DNA from: Vicinamibacteria bacterium
GTDB lineage: Bacteria > Acidobacteriota > Vicinamibacteria > Marinacidobacterales > Marinacidobacteraceae
Length of the DNA stretch: 64,000 nucleotides
NCBI GenBank assembly: GCA_964291235.2
Contig: OZ219815.1
Span: forward strand, 1-64,000
Direction of reading: 5' to 3'
Below the pieces are notes generated by a model. It was not told where the DNA came from. It saw only the letters and a program-made list of their open reading frames with translations, and searched no databases. A program made the position numbers and the translations under genes. This document shows positions 19,398 through 29,230 of this stretch, piece by piece; the stretch's first letter is position 1; each line of letters begins with the position of its first letter.

Positions 19398-22300
19398 GCG
19401 CCGACAACCTCCAGCGACAGGGTGGCGGTTTCGCCCTCCACCTCGATCTCGCGAGTCATGATCCGTCGCGCAATCGCTCGGACAGCCGGTCCTCGCGGTG
19501 TGGTTTTCCGGACGACCTTCTTCCGCGCCGGCTTCCTCCGCACGGCCTTCTTCCTCACCGTCTTCTTTCGGACCGAACTCCCCCGCACAGCCTTCTCCCT
19601 CACAGCCTTCTTTCGGACCGAACTCCCCCGCACAGCCTTCTTCCTCACCGCTTGCCTCCGGGGCACAGCGCTTGGCACAGGCTCCGACAGCCCCAGCGCG
19701 TCCGTGAATCTGCCGGTCAGGAATTCGACAGCGAGGGTTTCGTCCATAAAGTGTTGTTCTCGCTCCCGGATCACCCTGATGAGTGGGCTATCTCTTCTCC
19801 TAACGTCGAGAGCCACCCGGATCCGAGCCGCGTAAGGGAGGTTGTGGGCCTTCCGCAAGGTCTGCACCCGGTTCAGCAACTCGCGGTACAGGCCCTCGGC
19901 GACGAGCTCTTCGGTCAGCCCCGTGTCGAGGGACACCGTAGCGCGGGGGCTGCCGGCGATGGCGTGTCCCTCCCGGGGACGCGACTCGAACGCGAGGTCG
20001 TGCCGTTTCAGCTCTATGGCGTACTTCTCACCCTGCGGTCCGTCTAGAACGAGATCGTATCCACGCACGCCATGGACGAGCGCGTCCCGGACCTCGCGTC
20101 CATTGAGTTTGGCGATGGCTATCCGGACCTGCTGCATTTGGCGGCCGAGCCGCGGGCCGAGTTGGCGGAAGTTGGGCTTGACCACGAGCTCTAGGTCGGC
20201 CTCCGGATCGTCCCGGAATCGCACATCGCGGACGTTCAGTTCGTCGGCGATCAGGTCGCGGTGCTGGTCGAGCCGGGCCCGCAGCCCCTCGTCAGTCACC
20301 GCCACGCTAGCACTAGCGAGCGGCTGCCGAACGCGAATCTTCTGTTCGTTCCGCACCCGCAAGCCGAGCGAGGCGATCTCCCGGGCCATCGCCATCTCCT
20401 CGTTGAGGCCAACGTCCAGCGGGAACTCCGGCTGCGGCCAGTCGGTGAGATGGACGCTCTCGGGCGCGTCGGCGCCGTAGGGCCCAACGACCAAGTTCCG
20501 GTGGATCTCCTCGGCCAGGAAGGGGACGAAGGGCGCGGCGAGTTTCGAGACCCGCACCAGAGCGTCGTAGAGCGTCCGGTAGGCGTCGAGCTTGTCGGCG
20601 CCGCGCCCGGCTTGCCAAAAGCGCCGCCGGCTACGCCGCAGCCACCAGTTGGAGAGCGACTCGGCGAACGCGGCCAGCGCCCGGGCGGCGTCATAGGCCT
20701 GGATCGCTTCAAGTCCCGCGGTGACTGCGGCGGTGGTCTCCTCGAGATGGGAGAGGATCCAGCGGTCGAGCGCGGGGCGTTCCGCGACCGCCCGGCCGCG
20801 GTCGGTTCGCGGGTCGAAACCGTCGATCTCCGCGTAGATCGTGAAAAAGGAATAGACGTTCCGGAGCTCCAGCGGGAACTCGCGGGCGGCGGCGCGCACG
20901 TTGGCAAGCGAGTGGCGCTTGTTGGCCGAGGGCGCGGCGGCGGCGAGGAAGAACCAGCGGAAGGCGTCGGCGCCAACCTCGGCGAGTGTCTCCTCCGGCG
21001 GCGTGTAGTTGCCGCGCGACTTGGATTCCTTGCGGCCCTCGGGATCGGTGACGTGACCCAGCACCAGACAGGACCGGTAGGGGTGGGACCCGTCCGGGGT
21101 GGGGATGCCGAGCCGGCCGCAGGTGTCCTCGTCGAAGAGCAGCGTCGAGATCATCAGCAGCGAGTAGAACCAGCCGCGGGTCTGGTCCACCGCTTCGACG
21201 ATGTAGTCGGCGGGAAAGGCCTTCAGGAAGCGGTCGCGGTTTTCGTGCGGGAAGCCCCACTGCGCGAAGGGCATGGCCCCGGAGTCGAACCAGCAGTCAA
21301 TGACCTCGGGAACCCGGCGGTACACCCCGGGCTCGCCGGGGTTGGTCCAGGTGACCTCGTCCACCCACGGCTTGTGGACCATCAGGTCGGCATCGAGGTC
21401 GGGACGTTCCGCGCGCGCCCGGTGGAAGGCGGCGAAGGCGTCCGGGTTCTTCGCTTCGATCTCGGCCACCGAGGCGGGGGCCTCCATCCGGCCGGTCTCG
21501 TCGTTGATCCAGATGTTCAGCGGAGTGCCCCAGAAGCGCTCGCGGGAGAGCGCCCAGTCCACGTTGTTCCGCAGGAAATCCCCGAAGCGGCCCTCCTTGA
21601 TGTGCTCGGGCAGCCAGTTCACCGACCCGCTGTTCGCGAGCGCGGCGTCCTTTCGGGCGGTGGTGCGGATGAACCAGGCCGGGCGGGCGTACTGGATGAG
21701 GGGATCCTGATCCGAACGCCAGCAGAATGGATACTCGTGGCGAATCGTTTCGTGATGGAGCAACTGGCCGCTCTCGCGGAGGCGGCGGACGATCTTCTTG
21801 TCCGCCTCCTTGACCCATTGGCCCTCGAGCCAGGGGACGTCGGCGGTAAAGCAGCCGTCCGGCCCCACCGCGCAGGGCAGCGGGATCTCATCGGCGTTCT
21901 GGTAAGCGGAGACGGTCTTCCGGTGCAGGTCGTGGTCCACCTCGCCGAAGGCGGGGGCCTCGTGCACGAGCCCGGTCCCCTGGCCGAGTTCGACGAAGTC
22001 GGCGGCCAGCACCCGCCAGAAGGCGGGTACCGAGCCGCCGCCGGGGAGGCGTCCCTCGAGCGCGTGGTAGCGGTTCCAGAAGTCGTCGAAGGGCGGGCGG
22101 TAGCGGCGGCCGACGAGTTCCTCGCCGGGGAAGGTGCGGAGCAGCCGGAGGGGGCGGCCGAGACGCCCGGCGAGGTCCTCGCGGAGCGCCGCGGCGACCA
22201 CCAGCCGGCGCGGTTCGCCGCCGGGCGGCGTGTCCTCGACCTCCACGTAGTCGGTGCCGGGGCGGACCGCGGCGTAGAGGTTCGAGGGGAGCGTCCAGGG

Positions 22301-22984
22301 GGTGGTGGTCCAGACGGCGAGCGCGAGGCCCGGATCGTCCACCAGGGGGAGAGCCACGTACACGGCCGGGTCGTCCACCTCCCGGTAGCCGAGGCCGACC
22401 TCGGCGGAGGAAAGGGCGGTGCCGCCCTGCGCCCACCACCAGACGACCTTCTCGCCGCGGTAGAGAAGCCCCTTCCGCTGGAGTTCGGCGAGCGCCCACC
22501 AGACGCTCTCCACGTAGGAGCGGCGATAGGTGACGTAGGCGTGTTCGAGGTCCACCCAGTGACCGATGCGGGAGGTCATCTCCTCCCAGTCCCGGATGTA
22601 GCGGAAGACGCTCGCCATGCACTTCTCGACGAACGGGCCCACGCCGTATTCCTCGATCCCGGCGCGGCCGTGGATGCCGAGTTCCTTCTCGACTTCGACC
22701 TCCACGGGCAGCCCGTGGGTGTCCCAGCCGGCGATCCGCTCGGCGCGGCGTCCGCGCATGGTGTGGAAGCGGGGGAAGACGTCCTTGAAGACGCGGGTCA
22801 GGACGTGGCCGTTGTGGGGGCGCCCGTTGGCGGTCGGAGGGCCGTCGTGCCAGACCCAGGGTTCACCGCCGGCGCGCTGGGCGACGCTCTTCTCGAAGAT
22901 CCCCTGCTCTTCCCAGAAGCGGCGGGTTTCCGTCTCGACGGCAGAGGTCTCCGCGACGGTGCGGGCGGGCCGGAAAATCGTCAC
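19394..22984 (-). CDS. ileS: Isoleucine--tRNA ligase (type 2) with a basic C-terminal insert
   Basis: DGPPTANGRPHNGH, GWDTHGLP, WTTTPWTLP, GTGLVH.AP, SRERFWGTP, DQTRGWFY, KESKS. Confidence 0.96.
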   Translation of the reverse strand: MTIFRPARTVAETSAVETETRRFWEEQGIFEKSVAQRAGGEPWVWHDGPPTANGRPHNGHVLTRVFKDVFPRFHTMRGRRAERIAGWDTHGLPVEVEVEKELGIHGRAGIEEYGVGPFVEKCMASVFRYIRDWEEMTSRIGHWVDLEHAYVTYRRSYVESVWWALAELQRKGLLYRGEKVVWWWAQGGTALSSAEVGLGYREVDDPAVYVALPLVDDPGLALAVWTTTPWTLPSNLYAAVRPGTDYVEVEDTPPGGEPRRLVVAAALREDLAGRLGRPLRLLRTFPGEELVGRRYRPPFDDFWNRYHALEGRLPGGGSVPAFWRVLAADFVELGQGTGLVHEAPAFGEVDHDLHRKTVSAYQNADEIPLPCAVGPDGCFTADVPWLEGQWVKEADKKIVRRLRESGQLLHHETIRHEYPFCWRSDQDPLIQYARPAWFIRTTARKDAALANSGSVNWLPEHIKEGRFGDFLRNNVDWALSRERFWGTPLNIWINDETGRMEAPASVAEIEAKNPDAFAAFHRARAERPDLDADLMVHKPWVDEVTWTNPGEPGVYRRVPEVIDCWFDSGAMPFAQWGFPHENRDRFLKAFPADYIVEAVDQTRGWFYSLLMISTLLFDEDTCGRLGIPTPDGSHPYRSCLVLGHVTDPEGRKESKSRGNYTPPEETLAEVGADAFRWFFLAAAAPSANKRHSLANVRAAAREFPLELRNVYSFFTIYAEIDGFDPRTDRGRAVAERPALDRWILSHLEETTAAVTAGLEAIQAYDAARALAAFAESLSNWWLRRSRRRFWQAGRGADKLDAYRTLYDALVRVSKLAAPFVPFLAEEIHRNLVVGPYGADAPESVHLTDWPQPEFPLDVGLNEEMAMAREIASLGLRVRNEQKIRVRQPLASASVAVTDEGLRARLDQHRDLIADELNVRDVRFRDDPEADLELVVKPNFRQLGPRLGRQMQQVRIAIAKLNGREVRDALVHGVRGYDLVLDGPQGEKYAIELKRHDLAFESRPREGHAIAGSPRATVSLDTGLTEELVAEGLYRELLNRVQTLRKAHNLPYAARIRVALDVRRRDSPLIRVIREREQHFMDETLAVEFLTGRFTDALGLSEPVPSAVPRRQAVRKKAVRGSSVRKKAVREKAVRGSSVRKKTVRKKAVRRKPARKKVVRKTTPRGPAVRAIARRIMTREIEVEGETATLSLEVVGA

Positions 22985-23146
22985 GGGCGGGTCTCGGATA
23001 TGCGGAACGATAGGGCGGCAGCCCGGTTACCCGGAGGCCGCGGATTCCCGCCGGGAGCGGGCCGGGCCGGAGCGCGCATCCCGGAACCGGTCCGGGGACC
23101 GGTTCCGAAGGCGTGACTCTCCGGGATGGCGGTGCCGGAAAGTCCG

Positions 23147-23219
23147 CGTCCCCAACGGGGTTCGAACCCGTGTTTTCGCCGTGAAAGGGCGACGTCCTGG
23201 TCCTCTAGACGATGGGGAC
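23147..23219 (-). tRNA. tRNA-Glu(TTC)
   Basis: GTCCCCATCGTCTAGAGG..TCGCC-CT-TTC-AC-GGCGA..GGTTCGAACCC. Confidence 0.95.
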
Positions 23220-23227
23220 CCGACAGG

Positions 23228-23300
23228 TAGGCCGTGCAGGTTTCGAACCTGCGACATCTCGCTTAAAAGGCGAGCGCTCTGCCAACTGAGCTAACGGCCC
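23228..23300 (-). tRNA. tRNA-Lys(TTT)
   Basis: GGGCCGTTAGCTCAGTTGG..CTCGC-CT-TTT-AA-GCGAG..GGTTCGAAACC. Confidence 0.95.
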
Positions 23301-23353
23301 GGCCAGCGAGAAGGGGCGGAATATTAGCAGGGGAGCGCAGCCCGGGAGCGCAA

Positions 23354-23790
23354 GGAGCGCCAGCCTCCAGGCTGGCATCGGCCGCGCAGCGGGCGAAACT
23401 CCCAGACCTGGTCCCCACCTCTGTCCCGGACCCGATCGGTGACGGCGAAGACCCCGTACGGCCGGACGCGCCGGCACCAGGGGCGTTTCGCCGTCCCCGT
23501 TTGGACAGGTGCTGTGCGGCGGATGAATTCGTGAGTCTCGCGGTCAGGAACCCCCACCGGGAGAACTGGGCCAGCCTCCAGGCTGGCATCGCCCGCCCAG
23601 CGGGCGAAACTCCCAGACTTGGTCCCCACCTATGTCCCGGACCCGATCGGTGACGGCGAAGACCCCGTACGGCCGGACGCGCCGGCACCAGGGGCGTTTT
23701 GCCGTCCCCGTTTGGACAGGTGCTGTGCGGCCGATGAGGCTCGTGAGTTTCGCGGCCTGCGGCCGCGATGCCGGCCAGAGGCCGGCGCTC
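23354..23790. repeat. Two tandem ~190-bp family-A units headed by REP variant GCCAGCC-TCCA-GGCTGGC, closed by an inverted REP
   Basis: Near-identical 23354-23541 and 23547-23753; reverse REP at 23765-23790. Confidence 0.9.
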
Positions 23791-23815
23791 CTGCGCGGGA
23801 CGGGCCCGGACAGCC

Positions 23816-24226
23816 CTACCGGCTCGGACGGGAGCCGTCGCCCCCTGGCCGCGCACCCACCAACGCCTCCAGACGGGCGATCCGCTCCGCCAACGCCCCG
23901 ATCTCCGACCGGAGATCGTCCCGCAGGTCGCCGATGTCCTGCTGCATATTCGTCCGCAGGTCGCCGATCTCCTGCTGCATGTCCGCCCGCAGGTCGCCGA
24001 TGTCCTGCTGCATGTCGGCGCGCAACTCCCCGATCTGCCGTTGCATGCTCACCATCTGGAAGACGATGAGAGCCGCGAGACCCAGCATCGGCACCCAGGC
24101 GCGCACCGTCTCTCTCCACCACGGGATCGAAACCTCGGGCCTGACGCTGCGCACCGAGCCAGTGTAGGGGGTCGCCAGTGGCCCGGCAACCGCCGGAGAA
24201 ACGGGGTCTTTCGTCGCGTGGGGCAT
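23816..24226 (-). CDS. Single-TM coiled-coil protein with 11-aa repeats, copy 1 (136 aa)
   Basis: GAAAGGAG RBS; TM WVPMLGLAALIVF; (IGDLRADMQQE)-like repeats; ends ERIARLEA. Confidence 0.8.
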   Translation of the reverse strand: MPHATKDPVSPAVAGPLATPYTGSVRSVRPEVSIPWWRETVRAWVPMLGLAALIVFQMVSMQRQIGELRADMQQDIGDLRADMQQEIGDLRTNMQQDIGDLRDDLRSEIGALAERIARLEALVGARPGGDGSRPSR

Positions 24227-24402
24227 GGGGGACTCCTTTCGGTACCTCGTCGCAGGGAAGCCGCCGAACCCGGAAGCCGCCCTGCTTACCTGGACGAAGT
24301 CCAGCCCAATTTCTTCCCGCCTTCCGCCCCTTTGTGGAAAAGTCAGCGCGAAGCAGCGGCGCCAACGCGTCTTGGACCTGGGCAGACCGCCGGGACCGCC
24401 AT

Positions 24403-24501
24403 GGAACGCCGGCCTCCAGGCCGGCATCGCCGAGCGAAGCGAGGCGAAACTCCGAGACCTGATCCCCCGCGTCCTGGACCCGTTCCGTGACGGCGAAGAC
24501 C
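24403..24501 (+). repeat. Partial family-A unit with REP, between the duplicated genes
   Basis: GGAACGCCGGCCTCCAGGCCGGCATCGCCGAGCGAAGCGAGGCGAAACTCC..GTGACGGCGAAGACC. Confidence 0.85.
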
Positions 24502-24538
24502 GCGAGAGCGGCCCGCCCCGGGACGGCCCCGGACAGCC

Positions 24539-24883
24539 CTACCGGCCCGGGCGGGAGCCGTCGCCCCCTGGCCGCGCACCCACCAACGCTTCCAGGCGGG
24601 CGATCCGCTCCGCCAACGCCCCGATCTCCGACCGGAGATCGTCCCGCAGGTCGCCGATCTCCTGCTGCATGTCGGCGCGCAACTCCCCGATCTGCCGTTG
24701 CATGCTCACCATCTGGAAGACGATGAGAGCCGCGAGACCCAGCATCGGCACCCAGGCGCGCACCGTCTCTCTCCACCACGGGATCGAAACCTCGGGCCTT
24801 TCGCTGCGCACCGAGCCAGTGTAGGGGCCGGCCAGCGGCCCGGCAACCGTCGGGGGGACAGGATCTTTCGTCGCTTGGGGCAT
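24539..24883 (-). CDS. Single-TM coiled-coil protein, copy 2 (114 aa, two fewer 11-aa repeats)
   Basis: Near-identical paralog of 23816-24226, including ~140 bp upstream. Confidence 0.8.
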   Translation of the reverse strand: MPQATKDPVPPTVAGPLAGPYTGSVRSERPEVSIPWWRETVRAWVPMLGLAALIVFQMVSMQRQIGELRADMQQEIGDLRDDLRSEIGALAERIARLEALVGARPGGDGSRPGR

Positions 24884-25092
24884 GGGGGACTCCTTTCGGT
24901 ACCTCGTCGCAGGGAAAGCCACCGAACCCGGAAGCCGCCCTACCTACCTGGACGAAATCCAGCCCAATTTCTTCCCGCCTGCCGCCCCTTCTGTGGAAAA
25001 GTCAGCGCGAAGCGGCGGCGCCAAGAAGCCTCTGGCCTGGCGCTGCGCACCGAGCCAATGTAGGGGTGGCCAGGAGCGCCCGCCTCCGGGTG

Positions 25093-25281
25093 AGGAGCGC
25101 CAGCCTCCAGGCTGGCATCGCCCGCGCAGCGGGCGAAACTCCCAGACCTGGTCCGCACCTACGTCCCGGACCCGATCGGTGACGGCGAAGACCCCGTACG
25201 GGTAGGAGCGCCGGCACCAAGGGCGCTACGCCGTCCCCGTTTGGATGGGTGCTGTGCGCCGGATGAATTCGTGAGTTTCGC
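25093..25281 (+). repeat. Family-A unit
   Basis: Matches the 23354 unit. Confidence 0.88.
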
Positions 25282-25298
25282 CGACAGGAGCGCCTGGC

Positions 25299-26597
25299 TC
25301 AGTCGCCCAGGACCTCGGTCTCCCGGCGCCTGACGAACGCCTCGCGGTCCGGCCCCGTCGAGACCAGCGTCACCGGCACCCCGGAGAGCTCCTCCAGCGT
25401 GTCGAGATAGTGCCGGGCCTCCCGGGGAAGCTCCTCGAGCCGGGTCGCACCGGCGGTCGGCCGGCTCCAGCCCGGGAGGGTCCGGTATTCGGGCTCGCAG
25501 CGCGCCAGCGCCCCGAACTCGCCCGGAAACTCTTCCACGGCGGCGCCGTCGAGCCGGTAGCGGACTCCGATCCGCACTTCGTCGAGTCCGTCCAGCACGT
25601 CCAGCTTGGTGATCGCGAGCTCGTTCAGCCCGTTCACCCGGCGCGCGTAGCGAAGCACCACGCTGTCGAACCAGCCGCAGCGGCGCGGCCGGCGGGTCGT
25701 GGCGCCGAACTCCTTGCCCTTCTCCTGGATCGTCCGGTTCTGCGCCGGATCCATCTCGGTCGGGAACGGCCCCTCCCCGACCCGGGTCATGTACGCCTTC
25801 GACACGCCGAGCACCCGGCCGACGGCCTGCGGCCCGACCCCGGCCCCCACCGCGGCCCCCGCCGCCACCGCGGTCGAGGAAGTGACGAAGGGATAGGTCC
25901 CGTGGTCGAGGTCGAGCAGGGTGGCCTGCGCCCCCTCGAACAGGACGTTGTGCCCCGCTTCCAGGGTCTCGTGGATCACGAGCGAGCTGTCGCCGATCAG
26001 CGGCAGCACCCGGGCGGCGAACCGGTCGAGCAGTTCGCGCGTTTCGGCGACCTCGTTCTCGATCCGCCCGCCGTCCCAGCCGAGCAGTTCGCCGTGCCCG
26101 GCAATCAGGTGGGCCAGCCGCTCGTCGCGGTAGTCCGGATGCCGCAGGTCGCCGAGACGAACGCCCCGCCGCGCCGCCTTGTCGGCGTAGGCCGGGCCGA
26201 TGCCGCGTCGGGTGGTGCCGATCCGGTGCTTCCCCAGTCGGGTCTCCTCGCGCGCCTCGATCGCCCGGTGCACCGGGAGGATGATCTGCGCCCGGTCGGA
26301 GAGCAGCAGGTCCGGGGTGGGATCCCGTCCCGCCGCCTGGAGCATCCCCACTTCCTCGAAGAAGGCGGGCGGATCCACGACGCAGCCGTTTCCGACGATG
26401 GACCGGACTCCCGGATGGAGCACCGCCGAGGGGAGGAGGTGCAGTATGAACTCGCGGCCCCCGGCGACGACCGTGTGCCCGGCGTTGTGACCGCCCCCGA
26501 AGCGCACCACGGTGTGAAAGCGCGGCGCGAGGATGTCAACGAACTTCCCCTTCCCCTCGTCACCCCACTGGGTGCCGACGACCGCAAGTCCGGGCAA
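25299..26597 (-). CDS. purA: Adenylosuccinate synthetase
   Basis: QWGDEGKGK, GGHNAGHT, GTYPFVTSS, TRVGEGPFPTE, GATT.R.RRCGWFD. Confidence 0.97.
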   Translation of the reverse strand: MPGLAVVGTQWGDEGKGKFVDILAPRFHTVVRFGGGHNAGHTVVAGGREFILHLLPSAVLHPGVRSIVGNGCVVDPPAFFEEVGMLQAAGRDPTPDLLLSDRAQIILPVHRAIEAREETRLGKHRIGTTRRGIGPAYADKAARRGVRLGDLRHPDYRDERLAHLIAGHGELLGWDGGRIENEVAETRELLDRFAARVLPLIGDSSLVIHETLEAGHNVLFEGAQATLLDLDHGTYPFVTSSTAVAAGAAVGAGVGPQAVGRVLGVSKAYMTRVGEGPFPTEMDPAQNRTIQEKGKEFGATTRRPRRCGWFDSVVLRYARRVNGLNELAITKLDVLDGLDEVRIGVRYRLDGAAVEEFPGEFGALARCEPEYRTLPGWSRPTAGATRLEELPREARHYLDTLEELSGVPVTLVSTGPDREAFVRRRETEVLGD

Positions 26598-26639
26598 GGT
26601 TCGGGACTCCGAGGCGGCGTCAGACCTGCCGGCGGGGCG

Positions 26640-27203
26640 CTATTCGAGACCGAGGAGGTCCCGGACTTCCCTTTCGAGCCGCTCGGGGGTGCGAGCCGGA
26701 TTGAAGCCGATGTGACGCGTGCGCACGATGCCGTCGCGGTCGGTGATGTACGTCGTCGGCATCGCGAAGATCCGGAACGCCTCGTCGGCCTCGACGGTGG
26801 AGAGCAGATTGACGTACTTCGCCCCGCGGTCATCGAGGTAGCCCTGGATCTCCTCGATCGACGGCACGTTGTCGTCCACGTGCAGCCCGACGACGACGAC
26901 TCCCTGGTCCCCGTAGCGGTCCTCCAGTTGCTGGAAGAACGGGATCGAGTCGATGCAGGGGCCGCACCAGACCGCCCAGAAGTCAAACACCACGATCTTC
27001 CCCGGGAACGACCGGAGGGAGACCGGGTTGCCTTCGAGGTCGGGCAGCTCGAGGTCCGGCGCCGGCTCGTCCAGCACGCCGCGCGGCTGAGCGCTCGCCG
27101 GCGCCGGCTCCTCCGCCAACAGGGCGGCCGGAAGAATCATCAGGGCAACCAGAGCAACCAGGGCGACCGGAGTCACCAGTCGGGAACGGGGCGAGCGGGT
27201 CAT
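26640..27203 (-). CDS. TlpA/ResA-like exported thiol-disulfide oxidoreductase
   Basis: Signal peptide; APDLEL; DFWAVWCGPC. Confidence 0.9.
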   Translation of the reverse strand: MTRSPRSRLVTPVALVALVALMILPAALLAEEPAPASAQPRGVLDEPAPDLELPDLEGNPVSLRSFPGKIVVFDFWAVWCGPCIDSIPFFQQLEDRYGDQGVVVVGLHVDDNVPSIEEIQGYLDDRGAKYVNLLSTVEADEAFRIFAMPTTYITDRDGIVRTRHIGFNPARTPERLEREVRDLLGLE

Positions 27204-28192
27204 GCAGGAACCTCTTGCGCGATTTTGGCGGGAGCGGCGGACTCCTGCTCGGCGAGCCAGCGCTCGCTGGCGATGGCCGCCATGCAGCCGGTCCCGGCGG
27301 CGGTCACCGCCTGCCGGTAGGTGGGATCCATGACGTCGCCGCAGGCGAAGACCCCCTCCACCGAAGTGGTGGTGTGGCCGGGGGTGACGACCACGTAGCC
27401 GTGTTCGTCGAGTTCGAGGGCCTCGGTGAAGATCTCGGTGTTGGGGAGGTGGCCGATGGCGATGAACAGGGCTCCCACCGGGAGCCGTGATTCCGCGCCG
27501 GTCTTCAGGTTGGCCAGCCGGAGCTCGCTAACTCCGTCCTGGTCCCCGAGCACCTCTTCGACGACGGAGTCCCAGACGAAACGGATCTTCGGATTGTCCA
27601 TCGCCCGCTTGGCCATGATCTTCGAGGCCCGCAGCGAATCCCGGCGGTGGATCACGTGGACGGTGGTCGCGAAGCGCGTGAGGAAGAGAGCTTCCTCCAT
27701 CGCGGTGTCCCCGCCACCCACCACGGCCATTTCCTTGCCGCGGTAGAGCGCCCCGTCGCAGGTCGCGCAGGCGGAAACGCCGCGATTCATGAACTCCTTC
27801 TCCGAGGGGAGGCCCAGCCAGCGGGCGCGGGCCCCGGTGGCAACGATGACCGAGTCGGCGGTGAAGGTCTTGCCGCCGGCGGTGACCGCGAACGGGCGGG
27901 AGGAAAAGTCCACCGCGGTGGCGTCGAGCTGGTGGATCTCGGTGCCGAACCGCTCCGCCTGCCGCCGGAAGAGGTCCATCATCTCGTAGCCGGTGACGCC
28001 GTCCGGGAATCCCGGGTAGTTCTCGACGTCGGTGGTGAGCATGAGCTGGCCGCCCGGGAGCCCGATGTCCGGATCCATCCCCGAACCCGAGAACAGCAAC
28101 GGCGCCAGTTCGGCACGCGCGGCGTAAAGGGCCGCCGTATAGCCGGCGGGACCACTGCCGACGATGATCACCCGACGCGGTTCAACTGTCAT
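27200..28192 (-). CDS. trxB: Thioredoxin reductase
   Basis: GSGPAGYTAA, ENYPGF, CATCDG, GGGDTAMEEA, RQAVTAAG. Confidence 0.96.
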   Translation of the reverse strand: MTVEPRRVIIVGSGPAGYTAALYAARAELAPLLFSGSGMDPDIGLPGGQLMLTTDVENYPGFPDGVTGYEMMDLFRRQAERFGTEIHQLDATAVDFSSRPFAVTAGGKTFTADSVIVATGARARWLGLPSEKEFMNRGVSACATCDGALYRGKEMAVVGGGDTAMEEALFLTRFATTVHVIHRRDSLRASKIMAKRAMDNPKIRFVWDSVVEEVLGDQDGVSELRLANLKTGAESRLPVGALFIAIGHLPNTEIFTEALELDEHGYVVVTPGHTTTSVEGVFACGDVMDPTYRQAVTAAGTGCMAAIASERWLAEQESAAPAKIAQEVPA

Positions 28193-28245
28193 TTCCTGGC
28201 CTTCTTCCCTACGTTCTTTCCCGGTTCGTTCGCGACCCGGCGAGA

Positions 28246-29139
28246 CTAGCACGGGGGCTGCTGGCCGGCTCTCCCGGCGGGAGCCCCGCCGGATTCGACA
28301 AGCTGCGGCGAGGTCCGGCGCGACAGTTCCGCGAATTCGGACACCGCGAGCTCCTCCGGGCGGAGCCCGGTGTCGATTCCCAGGGCGTCGAGGGCGTCCC
28401 GGACGCGGCCGGCCAGTTCCGGGTCCTTGAGCCGCGAGACGCCGTTCCGGATGGTCTTGCGGCGGTGCGTAAAAAGGCCGCGCACCAGCGCCCGGAAGTG
28501 GTCTTCCCGTCCCACCGGGGGCGGGTCGGGGCGCGGGGTGAGGCGGACGACCGAAGACACGACCCGCGGCCGCGGCCGGAAGGCGCCCGGGTGGATGCGG
28601 AAACAGACCTCGGCGCCGAGCGCCTGCTGCACGACGACGCTGAGGGCGCTGTAGTCCCGCTCGCCGCGCCGGGCGACCACGCGGTCGGCGACCTCCTTCT
28701 GGAGGGTCAGGGTGAGGGCGTCGAAGAGGGGCGGAGCGCCGGGCGCGGCGTGTCCCTCGATGAGACGCAGCAGCAGGGGCGAGGCCACCGAGAACGGGAG
28801 GTTGCCGCAGATCGGCAGCGGCGCCGTGAGGCCGGCGTCGGCGATCAGGGCGCCGAGATCCACTTCGAGGGCGTCCCCGGTGACCACCCGCAGGTTGTCC
28901 GCGACCCCGCGTTCGAGCGCGTACTGCTCGACGCGGGCCGCCAGCCGCGGGTCCACCTCGATGGCCAGCACGCGCGTGCCGGCGGCCAGCAGCGGGAAGG
29001 TGAGCGCCCCCTTGCCGGGACCGATTTCCACGATCGTACGGGGCTCCGAGGAGCCGAGCGCGGCGGCCACGAAGCGCTCCGCGACGGACCGGTCGTGGAG
29101 GAAATTCTGCCCCCGCGCCCGCGTCGGGAAAAACGTCAC
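28246..29139 (-). CDS. rsmA: 16S rRNA adenine dimethyltransferase
   Basis: GQNFL, EIGPGKGALT, GNLPF, LQKEVA.R, F.PRPRV.S, RRKTI.N. Confidence 0.94.
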   Translation of the reverse strand: MTFFPTRARGQNFLHDRSVAERFVAAALGSSEPRTIVEIGPGKGALTFPLLAAGTRVLAIEVDPRLAARVEQYALERGVADNLRVVTGDALEVDLGALIADAGLTAPLPICGNLPFSVASPLLLRLIEGHAAPGAPPLFDALTLTLQKEVADRVVARRGERDYSALSVVVQQALGAEVCFRIHPGAFRPRPRVVSSVVRLTPRPDPPPVGREDHFRALVRGLFTHRRKTIRNGVSRLKDPELAGRVRDALDALGIDTGLRPEELAVSEFAELSRRTSPQLVESGGAPAGRAGQQPPC

Positions 29140-29230
29140 CCGGTCATTGTGCCCCGCGCCGCCTGCCCAATCCTTGCGGCAGTGCTTTAGCTTTGGTACC
29201 GTAACCTACCCTTGTACTTGGGGAATATCG

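Noticed and set aside
10947-23116. Long antisense ORFs (10947-13100, 18078-19835, 20261-23116; also 30147-32486, 32176-34734, 39376-41574)
   Set aside because: Shadow ORFs opposite well-supported genes in high-GC DNA, with no motifs.
23816-24883. Diversity-generating retroelement TR/VR pair
   Set aside because: Differences are not adenine-specific and no reverse transcriptase is present.
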